Source of the DNA: Phoronis australis
Lineage: Eukaryota; Animalia; Phoronida
DNA length: 64,000 nucleotides
Direction of reading: 5' to 3'
Assembly: GCA_002633005.1 (NCBI GenBank)
Contig: NMRA01000020.1
Location: 826,803-890,802 of the forward strand
This document shows positions 50,584-61,400 of the stretch, piece after piece (positions within the stretch are counted from its first letter, which is position 1; every line of letters begins with the position of its first letter). The notes below the pieces were generated by a model, which was not told the origin of the DNA, made no database searches, and saw nothing but the letters and a program-made list of their open reading frames with translations. Position numbers and translations under genes: made by a program.

Positions 50584-52869
50584 ACACTGTGATATTGTGC
50601 CGCCACTTTTGCCGTCTGCTCCTTTTGTGGTGCAGTTAAAATTATTTTTGAGCTGATGCCAAACATTCATCTCTTGTTAGCTATGTGCAGTTTCACCTTA
50701 AAAATTATATGATTGTAGTGTCCAGCCAGTTTCAGGGCTCTTTATGCTTTGTGAATAGATTTTTATCAGAACCGCGATGATCTCTATCCCAAATATTGAT
50801 CTAAGTTTCTTTTGCTTGGAACAGACCAATTCCTGCATTATTGATGACTTCACAGCAATCAACCATTGGCTGAGCGGTTGTGCACTAATTTGCAAAGTTG
50901 GCTTCTGGAACTAAACTCATCGTGAAAAGTTATGTTAGGATCATTTGATACCAAAGAATTTTATATGAATTAGCTAACAGCTGTGTAACTGGATTCAGTT
51001 TGGTGCCATATTCACTTTAATTTATTTATACCATACACATTTCCATTGGTCTTAAGTAACACTTTGAAGCATGGTCGATAGCCACCGTTCGAGTTTTGAT
51101 TCAATACGGCCTGGAGGTAAAGTCTACCAACAGAGACCTGGTAGGTTCGGATACAGGGTCGTGGTCAGGGTGCGTGGGAGACACTTCACATCCTTCCATT
51201 ATTTCAATACAAAAATGGCTGAGTGGGGGCTCAAAGCTCCTAGATAGGCAATGTACCTGCCCCTCACTTCTTCAAAAGGATGTGCAGTTCTCCACTTTTT
51301 TGTTATGAAATAAGTTTATGCATTGTCATTGACTTTGGGTTTTCTGTCTACTGTAAAACCTGGTATGCAAAGCCATGGCCTTACAGAAAAATATGGCATG
51401 TGGAGACTATTATAGTGTGACGACCATACCTTTATATTCGAATATAAGGCATACCGTTTCCTCAGATAGTAGGCTTCATTAAAGGTTTTTTTCTTCTGTT
51501 GCCCATCAGCCATGACCAAAATTAATATTTTGGTTAGCTAGAACCCCATTCTATGAAAATATTCAATCAACACAAGAAAAAATACAACCGAGCTATTAAT
51601 AATTGTGAATTTCCTTTTCAAATTAATGTTTACTTTTTGTTCATGTCTCATCTCTCAGCACAAGGCCACGACCATTTATACCAGGTGTCAGGGTAATATA
51701 TGAGGTCTGAAGTTCAAGACACAGTATTTTCAGCATTGTCTGAATCTGTATCTTGTTGGTTACGTGGGTGGGNNNNNNNNNNNNNNNNNNNNNNNNGGGC
51801 GGTGGGGGCAGCTGGAGTATGCTGGTGTTTGGCTTGCCACTGTGAGTAGGCTGCTAACCAGCAAAACACTGTTACAGTTTGATTGAATTGGTTTAGTCTC
51901 AGGACTGGATTAAGCTGAAGATCAAGGTCCCATGCTGTCCTGGAAAGGGGGGGGAGGGATGTACAGACTGTAGCTCACCGGGAGTAGAAAATTGGGATGA
52001 AGGTGTGAGAGCAACTCATCTTAGTATGGTCCAAACTTTTGTGGCTTAGGTACCTGCGAAACCTTAAGCGGACACTGTTAAGATTTGTGTCATCATCTGG
52101 CATGATGCCACCCTTGGGTGATCACACCTGGTGTTGTGAGAATCTGCTGGCCTCTACATTTCTATGGATATGGTCTGTAGAGACTGTCCTGTCAAATGTG
52201 AAATAACATGACTATGTAAACTGTGCACTGAATGTGTATAATATTCTGTTTGAATAGAACCTGTAGGCTACAAATACTTTCATCTTTGTAAACAAAAGTT
52301 TTCTGTCTTACCATTACCAAGACTTGAGTGTGATACTTTACACCTAATGTTTCACAAGGGGAGAAAACTTACCACTGGTGCTCATACACTTACTGCTTAA
52401 CCCCTTGCCATGCACAAACCTTTACCACTGTACAAGACTTGAACTGCACCTACAGTCGGCACACTGGGGCAGTTTTAGCGGAATTGATGGAAATGCATGA
52501 CACAGTTTCTATGTGTCGTTTTTTCGGTAAATTTCTATGGTATTACTGCCTGAATGTGGTTAGTGTTTTGCACTGTCGAGTGTGGTGAGGTTGCTCGCCC
52601 ATTATAACAGTTGGTTTGCAACCCATTCTAAGTTTTTGTCATATTCCAAACGGAGATTAGATTAATATTCGTGTAGGATACATTTTCTTTATTTTTTATC
52701 TCTTATAAATTGTGGGTAGTGCTTTTTGTTCTTCAGGGATGTACTTTGATCTTTCGTCACCTGAGTGTTTGGGGCCGTTCTGACCTTTGATGCATAACAC
52801 TGAGAAAAAAGCAGTCAGTGTGATCTCGTGGTTCTCGTGTAATGCATGTCATAACGCGAGATGGTTTAG

Positions 52870-52989
52870 GTGGTCTCGTTTTTTCTTGCAAAAGCGTGCT
52901 CTAGGGAACACATCCCTGACACGTTGCTTTACGTGGTCTTGTTTTTTCTTGCAAAACGTGCTCTAGGGAATGCATCCCTGACATGTTGC
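52870..52989. repeat. two-copy ~63-bp direct repeat in the probable SHIP 3' UTR
   Basis: gtggtct.gttttttcttgcaaaa.cgtgctctagggaa..catccctgaca.gttgc twice. Confidence 0.85.
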
Positions 52990-53525
52990 AGTCATGAAGT
53001 GATGTTCAAATTATATTTTGTCCAATTTTAAATGTTCAATGTAATGTTGTAAACCATTTTAGAATATTAATATTCTTATTTTATTGTACATCATTATAGA
53101 TAGCAATTTTAAAAGCTTATAACAATATTAGTTCTGACTTATCAGTCTTATTTTCTATACTGTCAGTTTATAACTTTTCAATATAAGAATACAAATATCA
53201 TAAATCACTAGCAATGTTTCCCTTGTTAGTTGATCTCTATCCTGGCTGAACTTAGTGCAACAATTTAGCGTTGAAGAAATTCAGTTGTACCCTGCGATAA
53301 AGCTTGTGAAATTTTTAAGGTTCTTTATAGGTCCATAGAAAAGTATCCAAATTTGGCTAACTGCGGATCGTCGTATCAGAACTTTCAGATACTACCGTAT
53401 GCTTTATACATACTTTCTCCAAAACGCTGGTAGGAGTTATTCTGGCTACCACTGGCAGAAAGAGGGCTTATGTTCTTTATAAAAATGCATTTAAGGTAAC
53501 CTCATCTCATCTAACATTTATGTCA

Positions 53526-53531
53526 AATAAA
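53526..53531 (+). terminator. candidate polyadenylation signal for SHIP (long 3' UTR)
   Basis: AATAAA followed by a GT/T-rich tract; no transcript evidence. Confidence 0.3.
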
Positions 53532-54043
53532 ATTTGATCATCCTTGACAAAGTTGTTTTGCTATCATTGTACCTTTCTTTTCATAAACTTTTAAACCTTT
53601 CTAAAAGGTTATGACCCGTAATGCCTGATATGAAATAGACAAGGTTACATTACCCGTTAACGTCAGATTGATATGAAGTATAGAAAATATATACTTTTTT
53701 TATTTTTTTATGTATGTATTATCATTTACAAACAATTACAAAGCAAACAAACAAATAAGTACACCATTCATTCACGCATGCACACCTCAGGAAGGCCATT
53801 CTCATATCTCGTTTAAAGTAAATATCTTCTACATGAAGTTAACATGAACAATAAAATTTTCCCATTTCGCAGAGAAGCTGTCATATACTAAGTTTTTATG
53901 TGCATTTAATTTTTCAGCATTATAGTATTCATAAGTTTTTGTAACGAACTTGAGAAAATTAGGTATACTTTTACGTAGTATAAATTCTATAGTTTTCATT
54001 GTATAATTGGCAAAATACGCAGGCATGTCAGGGCGTCCATGTG

Positions 54044-54250
54044 CATGCGCGTACCAAGCCTAAGAAGTGGGGGGCTCGAATTTTTGAGAATGTGGAGCTT
54101 TTACCAAGATTCACGTGACTTTTTAGTGGACTTTTGTCTCTTTTGTACCTTTTTTCGGAGTTTTTGTTTCTCTGAGGAGGACCTTTTTACCCACTTCGCT
54201 GAAATGGAGGAGAGGTGGGGGTGGCCGTAACCGATCGAGATTGGGCTACT
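54044..54250 (-). mobile_element. hAT-like MITE family copy
   Basis: Reverse-complement homolog of 25707-25955. Confidence 0.55.
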
Positions 54251-54724
54251 CAATCGGTTGCTTACCTCAGAATCTGCCGATTTACATGTAAATCAAAGAC
54301 AGGTGTAGGTAAATCACCCCATACTGCTGATGTTGTCGTTTCCGAGATAATGAGACCCACCATGCAGCAGCTGGGTTTTCGATGTAATTAAGCCAGGCAA
54401 TACATATTGTTGTATAAGTATAGCCGTGAACCGCTCAGTTGAAAATAATTACTTATTCATTACGATTGATGTGTCATATGCGGACTGCAATACGGGTTTG
54501 CCTGTGAATCACATGACAGGCATGAACTTTAAGTCCATTTCGGGGCCGGTGACGCTTAGTAACCCCGCATGCCGGCCTGCGTTATAGCTGGCAGTCGTCA
54601 GGGCCGTACAAAGGGCCAAATCCACAATAACCAATTCCAACTACTAGAATCCTTAGTCGTACATCAGTTCAGCTGGAAAAACAAATGCGCCCATAGCCCG
54701 GCTTAAGTTGGTCGTGCCGGGCGA

Positions 54725-55015
54725 ATCCATGACGGCGCCTCGGACATCCCGTTGCACCCAACTTGTTCCATTGTATAGCCTAACAACAAGTTTGGGAAGT
54801 TTACCTCCCGTAGCCAATTAACTCGCTCCATGATTCTGCCGGGGCGTTGATGGTTAATTGGAGGGCCTGCGCTCTTTTGTTTGATAATTGCTCTAACCTC
54901 CAATCAGATCGTATCTAGCCTGACTGGGGTGGGCTGATAAAAATGAAAGCCAGATATTATCGCACGTTCAGCACCCCTCACGTCTGGAAAAAGTTACTGA
55001 ACCGACCGTAGGACG
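54725..55015 (-). repeat. unclassified dispersed repeat upstream of MED1
   Basis: Reverse-complement homolog of 29205-29765, lacking a ~285-bp internal segment. Confidence 0.75.
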
Positions 55016-55433
55016 CTGCAGTTGATGCATCGGATATGTTGGAGATTTTTTACCGTCGCTCAGTTCTTGTCATACTCTATAAAAGCTCCACAAAATGGAA
55101 GTAACCAATCAAACAGTGTTGCAAACGGTGTATAATCATCAGTTGTACGTCACGTAAAAAGTATAAGCGAGGTTGGGCGACAAAGCGAACGACTCAGTTT
55201 GACCGGTGTCAGACTGGCTCCTGTGAGCTGACATAAACGGAAATTGGTCAAAGCGTTTTCCAGTAGGTTTCTCAATCAGCATTACTTCTGGAAAAAAACA
55301 ATATAAATGTTTTCACAAGCGAAAATAGCCTGATAACCAAACATTTACTGTTTTTTACTGTTTATTGCGGGCAGCTACCGTGCACCTCTGCAAACCACCA
55401 CCAAGTGGCGCTGTATATACATTCAGAGAAATC

Positions 55434-55445
55434 CAAAATGGCGGC
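55434..55445 (+). promoter_or_regulatory. YY1-type motif overlapping the MED1 start codon
   Basis: CAAAATGGCGGC matches the YY1 consensus; CCAAT (55105) and CRE-like TACGTCA (55146) lie upstream. Confidence 0.55.
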
Positions 55446-55486
55446 TGTGGTGGAAGGCCGTCATTTTTCCACCAAAAATGTAGAAG
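55438..55486 (+). CDS. MED1: MED1 exon 1
   Basis: MAAVVEGRHFSTKNVE; donor G|GTAAAA; phase 1 matches exon 2. Confidence 0.75.
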
Positions 55487-58400
55487 GTAAAACGTATTGC
55501 TGTTTTAATTTTGGTGCATGAGACAAAACGACACATGGAATGTTATTCTTTATTACTTACAACGGTCATGCAAGGTCATAATCTAACCATAAAATGATAC
55601 ACTGCAATTGCTTGGCTTGAAAGCACTGTCACTTGTTATTGTCTCTTGCCAGTCTTGCCTTGGCCAGCGAAAGTGAAAGCTGGCACAGATGTAGCCAATT
55701 CAGTGGCTTCGGTCGTCGTGAAGCGCAAAGACGATTTCCCTCTTTTAGCAATACTCAGCAAACTTACTATATAATTAGAAATATGAAATGTATACAAACA
55801 ATAAAACAGTCGGGATGAGTGGGAGGCACTGGTCAGAGTGGTATCTGATTTTGAGAACCAGTAAGCTATCATCCGCTGAATAACAGGCATGTTATTCAGT
55901 GATTGCCTTTTTCTCAAAATCAGGGACCGCTATATACGACGAGTGCCCACTCGGGTTAACAATCCGCTAGGGTCAGCTTGTTTTGTTAGTTGTGGCTTGC
56001 TTAGCCTTAGCCTAGGGCTTAGGTACAGTTCACAACAAGTTTCTGGAATTGGTTTCACTTGTGTACTGTTTTAGCATTTTATTACCACCAAACTGAATTT
56101 CTGAGCAACCTTTGCAACTATTTACCACAAAAAAATCCAGCAAATCAAACATCACACGATCCATGAGCATGTCGCAAGACACAAGCATTCTGTTTTTAAA
56201 CCGAGGACAGACTTTTTCTTTGTTAGATAAGCGGGGGAGTGATGCAATTAAATAACATTGATGTGATTGTGTTTCTTTCAAATGATTGTAACGCTGGTCA
56301 AGGTTAAATGTCCTTATTTTGACTCCCAGATCTTGTGTGCCTGTCTGCTGGATGAGCGCTATGCATACAGGGCCCTCACTCACCTTATGTTCCATCTTTT
56401 TGCACAAACATTTGTTGTTTACAAAAAACAGATGTTTAGATGGTACCCCCTAATATTCGAACAAATACCACTAGTATTGCACATTGTAGTGGTAATTAGA
56501 AGTTTTTAACATCCACCTTGTATGCATCGATTGTTGAACTTTACGAAATTCTAAATGACTTGCTTTTGTTCCCATGGAGACTATTTTATGCTTTCTTGAA
56601 GTATTGTTTGCTCTAGAGGAAAAGTTTAAATGAATGATTATCTCGTGTATCTGTGCTGTACGTGATGTATTCTGGGTGGGGGAGAACCATCGCAAGTGCG
56701 TTGCTCTTGTTCTTCTTAGTCTACTGTACTAATCTTTACAAATTAATATTCGTATTGAAATGTGACAGTTCATGAACCTAGGTATTTCTTAGGTGATTAT
56801 GATAATTCATTGTCAAAATTATGAATTGTAATAATTTTATTTGGTTGCAGATTCAGATGCGGAATTCCGTCTTAAAGACCTCATGTCTAAACTGCGACAT
56901 AAGAGTAATCAGCTGAAGTCATGGATGGATACGGCAAAAGCACTGAGAATGGCTGTCACTGTACGTCATCTGACCACTGCTGTACATCCTCTTATAAAAT
57001 GTGCGAAATTCCCAATCAAAATGTTTAATGTTACCTTCTGTGCTCTAGTAACTCATAACTTAATAACTGATTACAGGCATCACAGTTAAATGTTTTGTGG
57101 TTAGCCTAGGCCTTGGCTGTTTTAGATGGACCTGTAGTGTTCAAGCACAACCTCTGTTGTTGGGCTTGGCTGTTTTAGATGGATGTATTGTGTTCAAGCA
57201 CAACCTCTGTGGTTTGGCTTGGCTGTTTTAGATGGAAGTATTGTGTGCAAGCACAACCTCTGTGGATTGCCTTGACTGTTTTAGATTCAAGTATTGTGTT
57301 CAAGCTTAGCTTCTGTGGTTAGCCTTGGCTGGTTTAGATGGAAGTTTTGTGTTCCAGGGCACTTTCCGTTTGTTCTATGTGCACAATTTAATAATTTTAG
57401 GACAAGCGATACCAGTCAGATGCACTAGACAGGGGCCGTCTGCAGAAATCACTGGACACCCTACAAAAGGCTATCAAAGGTGGGTAACTATAGATCTAGA
57501 ATCCAGGTGTGGTATTCGAATCCTTACATGGGAGAGGGAACCTTTACCACCTGCCACAAGACACCAGAGCTGTGTTTGGTTGACTGCAAGATATGACCTT
57601 GAACTTGTGGCAAAAAGTTTTCACTTGGGGAACGCAAACAGTGCATTCAGTTCCACAATTCATCATTTCAACCTTACTGACCTATCATTTCTAAATCAAT
57701 GGCTGTAATTCTGCTAGGATAAGCTAGTAAGTTGCAAGCGAATTTTTTAATGGATTCAAATGATGCTGTGCCCCCTCATGGCAATTAATCTTTTGAAGGG
57801 TTATTATGAAATTGTACAGGTATATTCTTGATATTAAGATGACTGACATAGATTTTTGTACTAGTGGAATTACTGTGACTCCTCCTTTTGTCTAATTTAT
57901 TTTTTGCTTGGGTTTCAATATCTATTAAGTTCCTTGATGACATCGGTCTAGGGACGATTCTGTGGTGCCCCCTATTGAGAATTTAGATCTTGTTTACATA
58001 TGGCTCTATATTTACCAAGTTCCTTAATGGATGGTTGCAGAATTTGGAAAACACGTTTCTGTCTAGGACACGGCTGTACTTCCCTAGTTTCATACCGACT
58101 TGACTTGTTCTCTGTCCCTGCTATTGGCCATTATATTTCGTATATTTTACAAGGTACTATTAGACACCCCTAGGAGCATATCATTAGCGGTGGAATTGTG
58201 GGCGCATTTCAGCATTTTGTGTTGCTCTTGTGATATGTTTCACTTGGTTCGTTGATTTCTGAAATACAGGAAGCTTAAGTCTGCTAGAATGCTTTCAATA
58301 CTCACTGAATCAGTTGTTAAAGGCATTAATCAAAAACCCAATAGTTTTGCCGCCTACTATGATAGGGTGTATGTTACACACACACTCTTGAAACACTTGC

Positions 58401-61400
58401 GGTAAGAAATCTTCATGTACGACAATGTTCCAACCTGAAAAAGCAATCACTTCACTGGTAGCCATCTTGCTTGTCTTTACTAGAAACATCTCGAGTTTAA
58501 TCACAAACCAAAAAAACACTGACCTTTCACTGACATATTTTTTGTGTAGTCTTGCGTGATCTCCCATGCTTGGCAAGAAACTTACTCTGCTGAATGCATC
58601 CCTGCTCTGTGTTGCAGTGACGACCTTCTCCGGCATGCAAGAGAGGCTAGAGGTCATCTCTCGTCAGCTTGGCCTCAAGTACAACATACAGGGAAGCACC
58701 ATATTCATCAGTTCTGATATGTTCTATGTTGAAGTGCAGGAAGAGCCCTCTGGTGGTGGTGTGCGTGATGTCAAGATCACCCATGAACAGTGGGATCCTG
58801 TGGTAAAATTTGCGTTCGTTACTTGACCTACTATCCATGTTGCAAAGCTTAGCTCTGTATAAATATCCCATGCTCTGTATTGTTTTGTGTTTGAAAATAT
58901 GGTTATCAAATAATTAGATGTTGATATTTAAATTTTTGTGCTGTGGTCCCTTCTTTCTGTTTAGTGTTTAACAGTTTATGAATATTTGTCTATTAGGAGT
59001 CTGTGAGTGTTGGTCCACTTCAGGTAGGCTTTTCTTCTGGCATATACTTTAACCTGATGACAGCTGGTTGACGGAGGTGCACCTATATTGTTGCTGGTCT
59101 TTGTATGGACATCACAATTCAAATGCTTATCTTTTAGAGCTGTCCAGAGATGGCCAAACTGTTAGAAGTCAGTGATTTTCACAAGTTTGCTGAACACCTC
59201 AAGGGCTTGATAGCTATCTATAGCATTGTTGGCGACAAGTGAGTCTTTGGACTGAGATGAAACTTCTATTGTATTGTACATTGAAAACAAACAAATTCGA
59301 TTGTTGGGTACGTATAACACAGTAGGAAGCATCTGCAGTAGCCATTGGTCATCATTAGAGCAGACCACAACAGATGGACTGTGTTAACTCTTTAGATCAC
59401 CCTGTTAAGCCGACTAAAATCAAAAATTGCAATAGGCCTTTTACTCTCATAAAATAAGTCTCATAATATTACTGACTGATACTATTCTATTTTGGTTACT
59501 GACAATAATATCGAAACTGTCAACGACTCAAGGAAACGCTTTATAGTTTATTGGAACTGGCAAACCCTAATACTGCAAATTGAAAATGGCTTATGTATGC
59601 ATTGTAAATGAATACGTTGGTGAAAAAAAAAAACAGAAATGGAATTCTGTTATGACGAGGAACGTTAAGAGACCTATTTTATGTGAGTAAAAGGCCTAAT
59701 TCCATTTTTTGTTTTCATAGCCAGCTTAATAGCAGGGTGAAATGCAGATTCAAATTGAATTTTGAGCAACAGATGGCAACGTTTGTATTTTGAGCAACAG
59801 ATGACATCGTTTGTATTTTGAGCAACAGATGGCATCGTTTCATAAAAGATCATGCTAAAAGTTATGTGACAACTCCTGTGTCACCATCATTCCACTTGCT
59901 TTTGCAGACAACGAGGGGGAATTCAGGGTACTTTTATTTGATGATGTTGGCGTGCACTTTATATTAATTGCCACTGTAACAAAACTTTGATATCCGATAG
60001 ATTTTAAACAATAGCTGTCAATAGTAGCTTACGTGGGTCCTGGATTTCAAAAGCCAGTTTGACACCTATTATTCAGTGGGGAAAGTGGTTCCAGAAATGC
60101 GGGATCTCTAAGTTACTATTACCTACTTGTAGGAGAATGCTCATTTTAGACTAATTTACTGCGTAGCTCAATGGAGGTGTAGCAACTGAAGTATATTGCA
60201 AGATATTTACTGTGCTTAAAGGAAACAGAAGACTAAAGCGTACATATCCCTGCAGTCTTTGGAACAAGATCTCAATGTGGTGGCTCAATTACAGAGTTCT
60301 ATCAGTGGTGTGGCCAATTATATACACAAAGTGCTGGGGATACTACAGCCCAGGCAAGGAGGTAAGGCAAGGGCTGTGAAGAATGCCGCACTGTGGAGTG
60401 TGATCATCAATCAATGGCTAAGTGTGCATTTTTAATCAAAGGCTTATTTTAGTTTCTCTCTGCCAAGTGGTACGAATTTACTGATATTCTACGTACTTTT
60501 TGGGAATAAGGGATAAAAAAATCACTACGGGTTTGACCTTTTAAAATGATGAACAAAACCAAAAAGATTTGGTAAATGACAGAAATGGTTGAGAGCACAA
60601 GGTCTGACCAATAAGACATATGTCATGTACAGACTACAAAATATGCTTTGCATAATTTAGGTTTTCCATTTTGTTATTGGTCAATTGAATTTCATTTGTG
60701 AATGGTTAACCAATGAAAAATGCACTAACTTAGCATGGTGGGGTAGCATCTGTTTTGGAAGACATGTCAATATGTCAGGGGCAGAATGTCGGAGACGTAT
60801 ATTCCAAAGAATTTGGTGACATTTAGAGTTAACATCTGTTCTTATGCACATGTCATTGTCATCTTCATATTAGATTGTGGTCTGTGGTGTAAGGTGAAGT
60901 TTGATTTCTGATTTTAGGCCAGCCCATGAAGTTGACATATTTTGTCGCACCCTACGACTTGTTGAACTCAAAGACTAAGACGAGCTACCCATTGACAGTT
61001 GAAGGTAATTTGTCTTAGACATTTTATCGGCCCGTAATTGCTTAAATTATCTGATGGAAACGCCCAAACGTTGAAATGGTATTGGCATGCAATTCAGATG
61101 TGTTGATTGTGCCGAAATATAGGCTATTACATGTCGTGGGTGTTATTTCTGGTGTCTTGACCCCCAGTTGGGTTTAGAGGATTTGTTGCCCGAGGGACAA
61201 TAGCCTCAAAGGGTGATAATTCTTGCCATTCTCACAACGGGACTATTTAAGGGGTCATAATGACTGGAAACACAACTTATTAATATTATTTATCCCACAT
61301 ACTGAGCACTAACTTGTACAGAACCCACACAGCAATATTTAACTTTTGTTGACGTGCTTGTAACCACAGGGGTGGGCCTCTTCTCTAACACACATTACTC

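Noticed and set aside
54541-55015. GC-rich block considered as 7SK or telomerase RNA
   Set aside because: No CTAACCCTAA-type template or 7SK signature; it is largely a dispersed repeat also found at 29205-29765
56030-56695. 125-aa minus-strand ORF and neighbours in MED1 intron 1
   Set aside because: No recognisable domain; probably decayed TE or noise
57095-57356. Regular repeats considered as a CRISPR-like array (also 59760-59840)
   Set aside because: Head-to-tail minisatellites without unique spacers, in eukaryotic introns with no cas genes
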